In this document: positions 25,536 to 41,550 of the stretch, piece by piece
Layout: each line of letters starts with the position of its first letter
Position numbering within the stretch: the first letter of the stretch is position 1
Assembly: GCA_964304625.1 (NCBI GenBank)
Contig: OZ199838.1
Span: forward strand, 10,299,817-10,363,816
Reading direction: 5' to 3'
Source of the DNA: Kudoa neothunni
Taxonomy: Eukaryota > Animalia > Cnidaria
DNA length: 64,000 nucleotides
Notes under the pieces: model-generated
What the model was told of the DNA's origin: nothing
Databases searched by the model: none
What the model saw: the letters and a program-made list of their open reading frames with translations, nothing else
Made by a program: the position numbers and the translations under genes

Positions 25536-28358
25536 TTAGTTATGCCAGCTGCTTCGCAAGAAAGTTCAGGAAAACCAAAAAATGAGTAAATACTTATCGA
25601 AAGACGAATATAGTTTCAATCTCAATCGATATTTTTGATAAAAAGAAGTGTTCACATCTCAGGAATTCCAATGGAGCATAATTTTCATTTAAGTTACCAC
25701 AAGAATTTTAATATTTAAAAGCTCTACACACATTTCATGTCGTTTTTAGGATACATACAGAGACTCAAATTATTCCAACGTGGCGACGACTTGTTATCTC
25801 AAATTATGTGTTTTATTTAAAATGATCATGATCTATTTTACTTAATGTAAATAGTTGCAAATTTACGCTAAGAAAGAGGCACGCGCTAACTCAAAATACG
25901 ATAACTAGGAGAATATAATATATAATCCTTCAATGTGAGCGGTAAATTAATTATGTTTATTGCTTAATCTCTATACATATAACACTTAACTATATCCATA
26001 ACGTTCGAAAAGAGAAAACACACATAAAATAACTTTTTTATGCTTCAAATTTTAAGGGAAATGCGACAACTCTAGTAAATGCGACGTTAATAGTTTACTT
26101 GTCTTAAAAGTATTTCGGTAATGGTAAAGTATGTGACTCCAGAAAACACCATCTTCCGCACGTTTTTTCCCATTTTTTCTTTTACATTTATCAATAATAA
26201 ATTAAAAGAATACCGAGTGCAAATATTGAGCTCAAATTAATTACTTCTAAATTTTTGCCTAATTCATATTCGGCAACAGTCGGATGCGCGTGTAATCTAC
26301 ATCGTTTTGCAATAAGCACCGGAAAAAGCTTATTATTTGCTTATTTCACAAATTATCCAAAATTTATATTTTATATTATTTTTATTAGCAACGGTATTAA
26401 ATTTTCCTGCGTTTGTTTATCACGTGGAAACGGCTATAATGGAGCTTTTAAGTTTTAGAGGGGACGATGATTTTTTTTGCTTAATTAATGACCATGATAG
26501 TTTTTTTACACCTTATTATCAAAGGGCTATCTAAAAGCTGCCCCAGAAAGATGTTTTAAGTGTTGGAATTATAAAACCTTTATTTTAAAAAAGAGAAAAA
26601 TAAATGTAAGAAGACCAATGGCCGATACTTCGTGTTACAATAGAAACAACATTGATTATTCCTTCACTTACAACTGTAAAAAGTACCTATCTTCTGTGAA
26701 ATAACGATTTAATGTATTGAAGGTGTAAAACTAGTGTTTCCCCTCGAAATGGTACCTTTTTCTCTATGGGTTCCGCTACCTCAACAACAAAATTAACGAT
26801 AAAAAAAATTTTTTAAATACTTTATTACTGGTCGATGGACAATACCATTATGTCGACCGGTAAGATGATAAATATTTCCAAACCTACCACTTCATGGTTT
26901 CACAAGATTAGAAAAATTTGGTGGAGAAGATTACGTCATCGAAATTGACGAGACCCTTCTTCACGGCAAGAGGAAGCATAATCGGGGGAGACTTAAAACA
27001 AAATTTCTCCGAATTAAACGGGGTGTTTCATTCCATAATTTGCCCGAATATTTGTGCGAAGAATGGTTTCGATCAATTATGAGAGAAAAATTTCAACTTT
27101 TAAATAATATACTAAAAAAAATTGTTACTGTACTAATGTAGTTATTAATAAGTCTATCACATTTTATTTATATGCGTTTTTATTTGTTGTATTTAATGTA
27201 ATAAATGTCAGAGGACGTATAATTAGAAATTTTATACTAGAAGTTAGATATGTAAATAATAAATTTTTTGTGTTAAATTTTTCGAGTAAAAATAAATCAG
27301 GTTAATTCTAATTTATTTTATATGAATATATTTGATAGTTCCATTCACTGGAATATTAAAATTGGGAGAAAATATTAATGAATAAAATAAATATTCATAT
27401 AGAAAGTGCTATATTAATATTAGTAAGAAAAATTAATTTATTATGACCTAAAGTATTAAATAAAGAAATAAAAAAATGCGCGATTTATTATTTCTAAAAT
27501 TTTTATAATTTAATATTTTTTATTAATGTCTTTCTTCAATTTTGTAGCCAAAAATATCAATATACGATTAATATAATTATTGTCAGTTCCAATTTCGCGA
27601 GTAATTGGTGTATAAAAATTTATAAACTAAAATACACAATTATAGATGTGACTAAATGTTTTAAAAGTTAATTTGACATTTAGAAATAAAGATAGATGAC
27701 ACAATATTTCTTAATATTAGATAAGCTTATTTAGAAGGTTTACTAGACTAAGTTTGGTATGCAAAGATTAAGAGAATTTAACTAATGGTTATAATGTATT
27801 AATCAGGATAAAATATGCAAATAATAAGCTTTTTTCCGGTGTTTATTGCAAAACGATGTAGATTACACGTGTATCCGACTGTTGTCGAATATGAATTAGG
27901 CAAAAATTTAGAAGTAATTAATTTGAGCTCAATATTTGCACTCGGTATTCTTTTAATTTATTATTGATAAATGTAAAAGAAAAAATGGGAAAAAACGTGC
28001 GGAAGATGGTGTTTTTCTGGAGTCACATACTTTACCATTACTAGTACTTCTAACATGCATATGTAAAATGTTTAGAACATTCTATACCATCATTAAGAGA
28101 CTCTTTTTCTATATAGTGAGTAAAAGTTCATTTTAATCTGCTATTTGTGAAGACAACCAGAAAATTCCTTACTTCGGACTGTGTTATTGACTATATTTAT
28201 ACTTATAAATAAATGATCGATTTTTATTAATGGTTTTATCTATTCAAACACAAACTTACAGCTATATTTAAAGAATGTTTCTCCATGGCACATGCGTACT
28301 GCCGCAAACTGACACACACTGACAGACATAAGAACTTTATTATGTATATAGATATAGA
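25536..28358 (-). mobile_element. Possible non-autonomous Helitron into which the Merlin element inserted
   Basis: Minus-strand 5' end A|TCTATATCTATATACATAATAAAG...GTCTGTCAGTGTGTGTC and candidate 3' end TTGCGAAGCAGCTGGCATAACTAA|T. Pattern resemblance only. Confidence 0.3.
26117..28042 (+). mobile_element. Merlin (IS1016/ISXO2-like) element with about 230-bp TIRs and decayed transposase
   Basis: 26117-~26346 is near-identical to the reverse complement of 27811-28042. Left end GG. 8-bp TSD AGTATTTC/AGTACTTC. Internal GGEDYVIEIDETLLHGKRKHNRGRL at ~26920-26995. Confidence 0.88.
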
Positions 28359-29959
28359 TTGTTGTTTATTTATCACAAAAAATTCTAAAATGTTTTAAAT
28401 TTACTTTATTAACATAATTATAGCTCGAAGAATTAATGATTAATAAATCAATAAAAATCTTTCTACAAATAAACTATGACGTAGCATAATAGCTTATCTT
28501 GGCTGAGGGCAACACTCCGCGACGAGGTTTATTACAGAACTGCCTTATCGATTCCTGACTAAAACAAAAAAATCATAAATATAATGATCGAACGAATGTT
28601 CGCCTTTGAATCACAACAAGCTATATCTTCATCACGTTATAATTAATTATTTTACAATGTTTAACTTTTGCTAGTTACTCTATCTTACAGCTGATTTTGG
28701 GCATATACGATATAATTAAAAATTTCAAACCAAAGTTAATTTTACCGAGTAATGCATTGATAGATAGCTGGTAAGTATTCTCTCGGCGCAAGGTAGCATA
28801 TATGCAGAATTACTTAGCGCGTTATTTTTCTATCAGTTTAAATATTATTTGGTTTCACTAATAATTCTTTTAATTTACTCTAAAACTTATTTTTTCAAAA
28901 CAATTATAAAAATCAAGAATTTCAATTGATTATAAACCTAATTCTAGCAAAAAGGTGCTGAATACCTAACAAACCATTAAATTTGATTAGATTAGTCTTA
29001 AAATTTTCATATCCATATACAAAAATAAAATTATCATATTAAATTTAAGACTTATGACTCTATACTGTTTTATTTTATACTAAACAACACAAGAGACAAA
29101 TATTCCCCCTTCTTCTCAGCTCATTTGTTCAATTTTCTCGATCTGATCAGAATTTTAATGCTAAAACCTATTATGTTAATTTGTAAAAATTTGTGTTTAC
29201 TTTTTTTATTGAATAACGAGACAATTTAGTAATATTGATCAGAGCAAACTCCAGAATAATGATGCTTATGACTAAGCACTGGGTGTGCCAATCAAGATGA
29301 ACACTAAACATTTGCGAAAACGGTGAAAAAATATAAAAGTTAAGTAATATTTTATGGAGAGAAATTTCTAAGTAAGTGAGGACACCCGAATAATGGGGAG
29401 GAATTATTAAACCTTCACATAGAATGCCGGACGCAATAGTAAAATACGAGCTGTCATGTTTAAAATAGAAATGCAGTCCTGAACAACAAAATTCTTATTA
29501 GATTAAAGCAGTAGATAATTTTGAGATCTAGAAATTAATCCTGGATTCCACGCGTGCATTTTCCTATTAGTCTGTTGTAAAACTTGTTATATTTAGTGTA
29601 TATGCGCCAAAGGTTTACCAGCATTATTAAATCACTTGATAGATAATACTTTACAAACGATGTAAATGAAATTAGTGGAGAATAAACGAAATATAACAAG
29701 TTTTACAACAAAATTTATAAAAAAAATAATACAAAGATGAGTTCGTCAGGCTCAATGTTATCCATAAAGGGTTAAATCCAAAATAATATTAGTCACAAGA
29801 GTGTCACTAAAACAACGAGATATGAAAACGTTTGCGTTAGGGTGAAAAGATTGATAAGCACTGCTTAGTATTATAAGGTGGTACAAGGATTTGATTAACT
29901 CGTATCACTGCAATAAATGCCCAATACAACAAATATCAAAAATATTGACAGCTGTTTGG

Positions 29960-30560
29960 TATTATAGCCCAGACCAAGTCAATAAGCAGAACACCTCAAA
30001 ATCCCACCAGATTACTACACCTAGGGCGAACCACAGCAATTAAACCATGGCAGATTAATAAGAAGTTTTTATCATTTGATGTGGAGATTTCAACAAACAG
30101 AGCCTAATCTCCTGAGAAAGAACGCCCAGAATACTTTTTACAGCAGATAACGAGATTTTTATATCAGGTATTTAGGCCTAATAACAAAATCAGTACATGT
30201 TTTATACACTTGGAAAAAGGATAAGAAATATTATAACTACAACTTATAATAAATTTAATTCAAACAACACATGATTCCATTTTCAACAATTCAATAAACA
30301 TCTATAGATCCATTGTTTCATTATGCAGATGATAGAAGTGAAACGTAAGCCTATCATGTATGATAATTGGATGCAGATTAAGGTTGAATTTACGTTAACA
30401 TTAAGAATAGATATTTCCCATGGAAATTCTCTGAGCTGATTTATCGGAATCCTTTAGACATAGGTCCAATCACACCTCAAAAACTTATCGGATCGTTATT
30501 AAAAAATTGAGTTATATAAATGGATGATGATTCGGAAATATTATTAAATGAAATACGTGA
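29960..30560 (+). pseudogene. Highly decayed non-LTR retrotransposon reverse-transcriptase fragment
   Basis: Relics FIHLEKG (cf. FIDLEKAYD) at ~30200 and HYADD at ~30320, in the expected order. Boundaries are approximate. Confidence 0.45.
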
Positions 30561-30961
30561 GTTAATTATGTGACTTGCTAAGCCTCGTTATGTTTCGTTA
30601 AATAGCGCTGTTAATCAGTAATATTTATTTGATAATAATAAACAAATATTGCTTTCTATTGACAACATTTAAACGATAATATATTAAAACACACTTTTTG
30701 AATGTTCAATGGCAGCAAATAGATCATGATGATGATACCTTATTCGATTTGCTTAATCTAATCAGTCTTATTAATTGAGTGGTACAGTTGTAATCATGCA
30801 GTAGATTAATTTTAAGGTCGGTTACTGTTAACAGTACATTTGCATAATTGTATTTTTGTATTATTCGAATAATTTATATGGTATTTAGGAGAGTAATCCT
30901 AATCATTTGTAAGACGAACGATTATTTTATATCCACCCAAGAGATAAGATGAATATGGTTT

Positions 30962-30998
30962 CCTTATATGGAAACTACTTAAGCTGCCTTGTATATAA
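30962..30998 (+). promoter_or_regulatory. Actin promoter: CArG box plus TATA box
   Basis: CCTTATATGG (30962-30971) fits CC(A/T)6GG. TATATAA at 30992-30998 lies about 55 nt upstream of the actin ATG. Confidence 0.8.
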
Positions 30999-31039
30999 GC
31001 GACAATTTGCAGCTTAAATCTTATTAGCTCTTAGTTTGA

Positions 31040-32182
<1,143 letters not shown>

Positions 32183-35100
32183 ACTCGATAACGAATTATT
32201 TTTGCGACAATACCACTTTTCTGTCCTAGTATTTGAATAGTTATTTACTTGGTATTATGAGGGATTTATTTCACATTTATTGATGATTGTTTGATTTTGC
32301 ATGGCGCATAAATAAATTTTTGCATCGTATTTTTTTTCTTTTGAAAACTTTCTCTAAATTACAATGGCCAGCTGATGTTTGTATACTTTATTTAGCTTAA
32401 TTTTTCATGTCGCTCGGGGTTGTTCTGCTTTCTGATTTTGTTTTCTCGTTCTGATCGGTGTGTAAAATGAATACATATTTATTTTTTCATATAGATAAGG
32501 TCTGGTTATTTACTTTACCCTTTAATCGGTAATAAAGTATCGTGGAATTCTAATAGTTTCATTATGAAATCAGTGCTAATGTGCATTTTAGGTTGAGAGC
32601 AATCTGTTTTACTTATAGAAACTGAGCTTATCTTAAGTATAATTTTGTCGTAGCATGAATAAAGTAACCGCCAATTTTCGGAAAATAACTTATTTTCCAT
32701 TTTACTTTAAAATTTTCATTTTAATTCCCTGACTCATTGTACAGTGGTTACCCGATTTTTTCAACATTGAGAAATTTCGCATTTCTGGAAGTGTGGACTC
32801 CCTAAAGCTTCAAATTTATGAGTATCTTCAAAACTTTACTAAAGTTAAATACCAATTTTCCATACTGACCCATTTTATTTTCTTTTATCTTTTGTTAGCG
32901 TAAAAACAATGTAGGGATTCAATACTATTTCTTTATTTATAGGGGGTTAATTTAATATAATTAAGATTTAATAACTATAACAACTTCTTTATAAGGAAGT
33001 TTTCTCATAAAAAGGTATTATTTATTTTACGTAGTTTTTCAATCAATATGCTAATGTGTAAACTCCTGTATTTGAATAAATTACATCTCTTATAACGATA
33101 TAACTCATGTAATATAATTAAAATTTAATATTAGCCCATTATTTAATAATTTTTAAAAAAGAGTTGTTGTATGATTATAAAAATCTATTATCTATTTTTA
33201 CAGAACCTAAAACAAGATGAAAGAATTAATTTCATCATCGAAATGATTAAATCTACAACATATCCAAACAATAAATTTGACGATATAGTTTATGATTAAA
33301 ATCATTATGAATCATGCCAATGGATTTTATATTAATGATAGCGAAAATACGTGGGAAAAATTACAAATTCTGTTTACCTGGAATCAATTTGTGACCTTAT
33401 AGTAATTCTGTGGGTACTAATCGCGCCTTAACTTAAGAATAATTACTTTTCATTTTAAATTCTCTTATACATTCGCAACCATCATCAAAATTGCAGTTTT
33501 AACTGGACAATATTGCTAAAGAATATTGTGTTAAATTTTGTTTAAATTTAGATCAAAATTAACTAATCTGTGAACAAAAAAGATAAATTTATTGTGAAAA
33601 TTTTTCAAGTTTATTCAAACATGAAATCTGATTCACAATTAGTAATGGAATCTAAAAAGGTTTCGATTAATATGTGCAGTCATTTTAGTTTCCTACAAAA
33701 CGTCCTTTGATTAATCATTATAAGGGTCATTGATGTTTAAAAACCAATAATTTACTGGCTAGATGTGAATATAATAGTAAAGCTTGAAGAACGAATGAAA
33801 TATTAAGATTCACATTATTTTTAAAACTAATTATTTCATCAAATTACCCAAAATATTTTTTTATTTCCAGGTAGCGTTATATGCCACAATGAAACTAAAT
33901 TATACATCATTCTTCCATTTTTTGAAAAATTCGACAAGCTTCTTTAGCCCTCTAATCAACAAATTTATTCTTTGGAGTTCAACTACGAAAATATTTTTGT
34001 GTTCTAACAAAAAAATTTCCCTCCGATTTTATCCAAACTATTTTAAAAATATACGTTTTGACATATATATCGGAAGAAACAACAACCTATCTCCATATCA
34101 GTGCTAATTTCTTTTGATCACATGTATCCGATATAGTACCTACAGTAAGTAGACCATTTTATGCACAATTACTTCTACGCGGTTTTCTAAAATCACTACA
34201 TATCTTAAAAATATTAAATGCATAATAATGTTTCTCTTTATGATCGCTTGCGGAATTTTTAGCCAATATGAATTAAAATAGGGTATAAATAGCCTTCCTT
34301 TGTTAAGGGCAAAAACTACTACGCCAATGTTTCCCAACCTTTTTTAGCCTTGACCCATATTTTTTTCCAAAGAATATCCTGTGATCCAGGTTAATATCGT
34401 AAATTTTTAATCGAGTTTAATGTGAACAACTTTAATTTTCTAATAAAATTTATATCCGGTATTTATATAATGAAAATCTTATAACGATTAAACCCGTATG
34501 CTTTTATAATAATTATTTTTTGTTTAGAATTAATTTTACTTGGACTTTTCAAGTTTTAATATTGTTTTTTAAATTAATATTATTAAACTGTCATGTTTGT
34601 CATGTGCCGACTTATCACTCTTGCTTTTTAATTATCTCTGTCAGCTTATTATATTTAACTTAATGTTTCAAATATTATATTTCGTTTTTAATGATTATTT
34701 TTAGTTTTTGGCCCGATGGTATCATTTATAAAGTTACAAACTACTAGTATTTAATAATTTTTCGCTTCAATATTCAATGCAACGAACACAATTTTTTTAT
34801 ATAATTTCTTTCTATCCACAAAAATATGAAAACAACTGTAGCATGTCTTCTTGTAAATTCAATAAATTTAAATTTATACCAGGTTCATTCGAATACAACT
34901 CGTCGTTACCTAATATCAATACTTTTCAGTACTTTTGGCATTTAAAACACAATTTATTCAGCCAAAGAATTTTTTTCTTCTAATTTAAAAAACTAATAAT
35001 AAAAGATTCAATATATTATTGTAGGTAGATTAAACCGAAAAATCAGTGTTTAAAGATTTTTTTGTGATATCCAAACCAGTATTTAAAAAAATCAATATAA

Positions 35101-38049
35101 GCAAGTACAAATTATTAATATAATACTAGCATCTATTTGATGAAGGTATGAATAATCACATTAATAAATAACATATCAATCTGGTGTAGCATTGTATGAT
35201 AGAGATCTATTTTAATATAACATTAATTATATTGTTTAATGACGTTTGCTTTAATATAAAAACAAATATTTCAACACAAAATATTTTTATTTATATTTAA
35301 CAACTTTAATAACAAAATTAATAATTTAATTCAGGAATAAAATCAAATATAATATCCACACCAGGGATATATATATCAGAAGCTAGATAATTTAAATTCA
35401 TTATTTTCCATCAGATATCATGACGATTTAATTTTCTTAATTAAATACGTTACGCAACGTCAAAAATATGTTTAAAACATGCGGATAAAAATTTATGTGC
35501 AATTCCAAGTTATTTAAAATTATTCATTGAAAACTTTTTATAATTAAAAATAATATGTATTTTATTACTTTATTAGATTTCGATGTCAAAATGTTTTTTT
35601 GATTGAATGTTTTATTAATTAGATTTATTTCGTCGATTATAAATAACATGACTGGCATATAAGGATGATAAAAAAATATAGTTAGGATGTGCCGATTATA
35701 TTTTCATGAAACGGCTACAAACACATTATTTTGTATAATAAAAATCTTTAATTTCATATGAATTTATAATATTATTCAATAAAATTTTTCTTGTATGAGA
35801 ATTCCAGGGGGAAATAATGCTTCCAATGTCTAGATTTATGTTAATAAATCGACGAGTGAGCTGAAGTGTTTGAAAATACTTTCAAGTTTTAATCGCTAAA
35901 TTAAGTATAAAATTTACTTTTTAAACATGCTCGTTACATTTAAATATTTTGTGAAAAATCTTATTTAAATATTAAATAATTAAAAATATAAAAAATTTTA
36001 AAGTCAACCCGCTGTGTCAGGAATTAAACGAGTCCAAGAAATACATGAATAATTACGTGTCTAAAATTTAATGGATAGAAAAATTAACTCTCATCTGTAT
36101 CAGATTTTCAAGTTAAGAACTTTTTGCTAGCACCTAAAACAAACGAAAGAAAGAGTGAGTATTGCCTGATCGGAACACGTGCTGATCATATCAGGTCGCA
36201 TGGTGAGTTAAGTTTTTACCGCTTTCCATCTCTAAGTGTGCTATGTTACTCATAAAACAACAATATGTAACTTAATTCAATATAATATTTATATTAAATC
36301 AATATAAATCGAATCTAACGGTTAAAATAACATTTTCTATGTTGAGGGTATCCTACACGGCATGTTTCCGCGTTTTCCTGCGCCGTCAAAATTAATCAAA
36401 AAAATCGATTAACCCATTTATTGACTTCTTTTTAAATATAAAGTCATTTATATAATGAAAGTAAGATTTTTCTATCTTTCATTTTATCTTTAGAGAAAGT
36501 GCCAATCATTTTAATCTGCGGTTTTCTTTCTTTTAAAATAGCTGATTTTCGATCCATAACGGGATGTAAATCACATAGACCTTCTGGATCTTGGCTTACA
36601 AAGGTTTGTCTAAAAGTTTTTAAAGCATCCTTAATTTTAAATGTTGATAGTTTGATGATTAATTGTTTCTTTGGGCACTTACCATCAGAGATACTGGCGC
36701 ATTACCCGCTCTTAAATTAAACCACTAATAAAATCCCTCCTTCATTCACGTTTTCGTTTGTTAGAAATGTCGTAGTCGGAAAGTCTTTGTTCTATCTAAG
36801 AGATTCTAACCAGGGTTAAATGTTCTTTATATTTAAAATGTATTTTTTACCAAGACATAATTATTCTATTACTGAGATCAAATTTCTGAGTTGTTCGTTT
36901 CTGAACTCCTCATTTATTTAATTTAATTATTACAACTGATAATTTTAAGTTTCTTTTCAATATCCCTCTGCATTCTTGACATTTTTGAATTTACTACACA
37001 ATGTAGAATCAAAATGGGGTTTGGGGGCCCTAGAATTGCTACGCAATACTGAACAATTTCATATTAATTGTTTTATTCATATATATTTTTACATGGATTT
37101 TACGAGATAATAATGAAATTATTACTTAGCAGTATCCAAATTTATAATCAATCAAAAAATTAATGAGATATTGGGCTATTACACAACACCGAGTAAAGCG
37201 CAATATCGAGGCACGACTGTACTACGCTACAATTTAACAAGCTTTAAAATAACAAAAGTAATGTGATTTTGAAATTTAAATTATTTAGATCTGCCTAAGA
37301 TATCTAAATAAAGGAAATATTATCAAAATAATATAAAGATATAAAAATTTTATGACGAGACTAACTCCGTCGGTCCAATTTTCACTTTTAGCTGGTAAGC
37401 TCCAACAGTTATGTACAGAATATTCTGCCGATTATATCTATCCAATTAATGACTTATCTTTTATTAAGATAGAAATTATGTGGGAAAAATTAAATTTTTC
37501 TATATCATATGAAATTAACTAAAAAGCTATGTAAAAACAGATCATAACAATACAAAGATTCTAAATTCCAAAAAAGTATAAAATATTGAAAAATGATAAA
37601 ACTATCTATTCATTCTAAGATTTTTTTTAAGTTAATTTTTATCATCCAAACGACGATATCAAAATTTTTCATATTCTATGAGCGGTCAAACCTACGCAAA
37701 AGCAGTTAAGTGAGTAGTTTTACGCGCTTCTCTCCCTCTAAGACAGTGGTTCCCAACGGTTTTTCCAAATCTACCCCCTCAGCTTGGAAGCCAAATTCAT
37801 ATTTATGTTAAGTTCTTATACTGGTTTCGCTATTGCAGAGGCTGTTCGAGGGGTAAATTTTGGCCCTATAAGGCATGTACGCTAACATAATGACAATTTT
37901 TAATCTCATTAACTCTTACTCACAAGCTGTCTACAGATTTATTTTTTTAGATTTTGCTAAACAATAATGAAAAATTGCTGATAGAAACCAAAAAATAACT
38001 GATAAACGACTTTAAGAATCGTCTTTGTGGTAATAATCATTTATTTTAG

Positions 38050-39050
38050 TTCGGCTAAACTTTTTTGAATAATACGTTTGACAACATACTTTCTAGTTTT
38101 ATGACCAAGTTATACCCATCAATTGCATTTCGCTTTATGAAACTTTAAAGTTTTTGAATTGATTCTGTAAATTCCTTCGAAGAATTATCTTCGATTGGTA
38201 AATCTTAGGGTATATCGTCGTCATCATCATAGTAGTTCTTTTACCTTTTCTATGTTACACTGTAAGTTAACTGAATCGTCATTATCCATGGAAAATTATG
38301 GTTCCCTTCTAAAATCATCACGTCAATTTTCGCATCGATTTCTGTCATTTCTCCTTTATATAGCTCAAATCGCTGTGAAAATTAGAAATTGCATTGTCGA
38401 GTAACAAAACTAGTTTATTGGATTCTATTCAAAGACTTATTTATAACAGTTATATATTTTATGAACATATCAGTCATTCGTATTTTTTGAGACACTCGTA
38501 CTTTAGTAGAAGATTTTTTACATTTTTGGAGCATCTCGGTTTAGCATGATGCAAAATAATCAAAGGATCAAGTCTCTTAGCAGAGACGAATACACCAAAG
38601 AGGATTGTTATTCTTTTTTCTCATTTTTTATTAGGTTATAGACATTCTCCTTAGCCGTGACATAGCTCTTATCTCAAACTAAGAAAACAAACATTTTAGC
38701 TCGTGTTGCTGATAGTATCGCGTAGTTTCGTAGATTTTAAAAAACAAAGTTGGATGAGTAGTTCTTTATTATATCTAATAATATCGGAATCCATCTTTTA
38801 ACTGTTTCGCTGTCGACAACATAAAAATCATCATGATAATTTTGCCATTTTAGATTGAACCTTGATTAAAACCCTTTAAACCGCCGGTTATTGATGAATC
38901 TACAAACGAATCATTTGAGGGAAATTCTCTCATTTTATTAATCATATCAATAAAAGTTAGCTCTATTTTTTCGAGCGCATCAAATTTTTTCTTTTCGGTA
39001 AAGCTAACCCACTTTTATATGATGTCACTGTTTCTTCCCTCTTATTAAGA
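38050..39050 (-). pseudogene. Decayed pogo/Tigger (CENP-B-like DDE_1) transposase
   Basis: Minus-strand relics VDSETVKRWIPILLDIIKNYSSN and KRITILFGV...LDPLIILHHAKPRCSKNVKNL match Tigger-type KERITVL...PLVIGKSAKPRCFKNV. Boundaries are approximate. Confidence 0.7.
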
Positions 39051-39616
39051 ATGTTATCCAATGTTGAAATTGTAGGAAGTTTAAAATGTCGGAGAGTAGC
39101 AATCTTCGCTCCCTTATTAAGTAAGTGTTGAATTCGATTATTTTGAATTTTTCCTTAATAATTATGAATTTTGTATTTTTTTCTGTCGTCTCAAAACTAC
39201 GAAAAATCAGTAAATACCCTCGAAAAATTCCAAAAAAAGTACGTAAAATCCGCAACGATGGATTTTTCGTATTTTCATCGTTTTTTCTTTATTTGTAAAC
39301 GTTTTTAAATTAAAGTTTAATATGATATTCTAATATTAACTCTTTACTTGTACAGAAACTTTCAGAGTAAACGAGAAATTAGAAGTTACAAAGTACGAAA
39401 AATCGATTGACTACTGTTGTTATCTACTCTATCCGTTTTTTCGTTGGGATTTTTTAGTCGTTGATTGTGTAATTAATTTTAGTATAATCAAAAAAAATCA
39501 CTTAATTTATGAGTAATTTGATTCAATTATGCAAAATATAAGTTCAATTTGTGTTTGGACAACTTCAAAAAATTAAATTATGACATGGATATTCCAACCT
39601 ACATTATCTCCTAAAG

Positions 39617-41143
39617 CAGGGGTCAGCAACCTTTTCGAGTGACGGGCCAAACAGACATACCCTAACTCTAATCCGGGCCTTATTAAAATTAATCTACTAA
39701 AATGTCAAATTATTCTTGATTCAAGTTTTGAATTTAAATATATAAGTATGAATTTATAAAAGTCATTCGAAATACAAAATTACGTCGAATCAAAAGTATT
39801 ATATTCAATTAATTTTCACTTACAGTGTAATCAACTCGTGATTAAATCCGTGAAATAACAATTTATTGGACGTTATCAAATAACATGAGATATACCTATA
39901 CCTTTAAAAAATCGAGGGTGATTATGTGTTGAAGTGAGGGTTATTAAGGATTTTGATAGGGATTTAATGATTCCAACGTTTTGTGGTTGTTACTAGTTTT
40001 TACAAAAATATTGAATTAGATGATAAAATATGACGTAATATTTCACTTTATATTAAAAAAAAAGTAATAAATGTTTATTTTTAGATTATACGCCATTTTC
40101 GTATTGTTGAGATAAATAATAAAAATGCTTTTGACATATAATCATTCATAATTAATTTAACTTAAAATGTTTAAAAATCGTATATTTTGATTTGAGACGA
40201 TTACTCTACTTTAAAATCAATTTTATTAAAAAAATATTTTTTTTTAATTACTTAATGGATATAAATAAAGAGATAATTTAATTAAATAAATTACAAATTT
40301 TCATGTTGGAATTTCGGAACAAATATTATTATAACATTTTTTAAATAAAAAAAAACTATCCGAAAAAATTTATAAACTTATTACTAATATCTTCAAATAA
40401 ATTAAATTCAGTGAAAAATTAACGACATCGAATTTGTTAAAATTATAGCGAAATAATAATTTTTTTGATGTATTTATCAACAACATAGAGATTCCACGTG
40501 ACTTCGAATGTGCTCGATTTAAGAGTTGTTTCCAGTTTATGGGTTAATTCTTTTTCAGTTGAATTTAATCACATAATGTAATTTTTTGTGGTAAGAACAA
40601 AAATGAAAAAAACCTTTGAAAAATAATTGAATTAACAAGACGAATTGTAGGACTTTATTTCTGATTTTGTATGTGACACCGCCCAAAGTTCGTACACAGA
40701 TACTTTAATACTGTAGTTTAGCTGATATTTTAAAAGAAATAAAATTGCTTATTCCAAGAAATAATTCATTGCTGAATTTTGATAAGAAAATTTCTCCTAA
40801 CATTGATTAAAAAAGTCCACTATGAACGAATCGCACAATCTTGTTATACATTGATTTATTCTCTTCGAAATAGAGGATAATCCCTATATCCTCGATTTTT
40901 TGAAGGCCTAGGTATATCTCTATGCTCCTTTTAAAAATATTTCATACTTTTAAAGAAATAATTTTAACAATCATGTTTATTCCTATTTTCTGATTTGACG
41001 AAAATGAATTTTAACCAGCTAAAATGTTTACATCGACAATATATAAACATTTGAAAAAAAGATCAGGAGAAAAAATTTTATGTCAGTCAATGCATGGAGC
41101 GCTGGATCGAAATAACTGACGGGTCGTAGGTTGCCGACCCCTG
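39617..41143. mobile_element. Non-autonomous hAT (Buster/Charlie-type) element, 1527 bp, no coding remnant seen
   Basis: TIRs CAGGGGTCAGCAACCT / AGGTTGCCGACCCCTG and a perfect 8-bp TSD TCCTAAAG (nnnTAnnn). Confidence 0.9.
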
Positions 41144-41550
41144 TCCTAAAGGATTGTTAGATCCAGTATTTATTTTATGGAGAGAAAAGCTATTTCATTC
41201 TATTTTCCATTTGTTCTGTTAGAGTCCCTTTGAAAGATTTAAGTAACCTTTATTTCATTACAAAAGCTTAATAAACAAATGTCTCATCAATTGAGCTATT
41301 ATGTAATATATCCCACCAATGAGAATGTACCGGTCCGAGTAGAGTTATTATTTTTGAGTTAAAAAACTTATTTTTTTCAAATGTCTCAACAGGAAATTAC
41401 AATAAACTTAGAAAAAATTATAAGTAGATATTGTATTTGTTTACATGGATAAGGACAAACTATGATTTTTGATTGTAGTTATAGTGACAATAAACATTAG
41501 CACCCAACTAATCGTATGTATTTTTAAGATTATATTGGCGCATGACTTGA

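Noticed and set aside
36450-36700. Open minus-strand frame of about 80 codons (GKCPKKQLIIKL...)
   Set aside because: No recognisable motif, start or exon chain.
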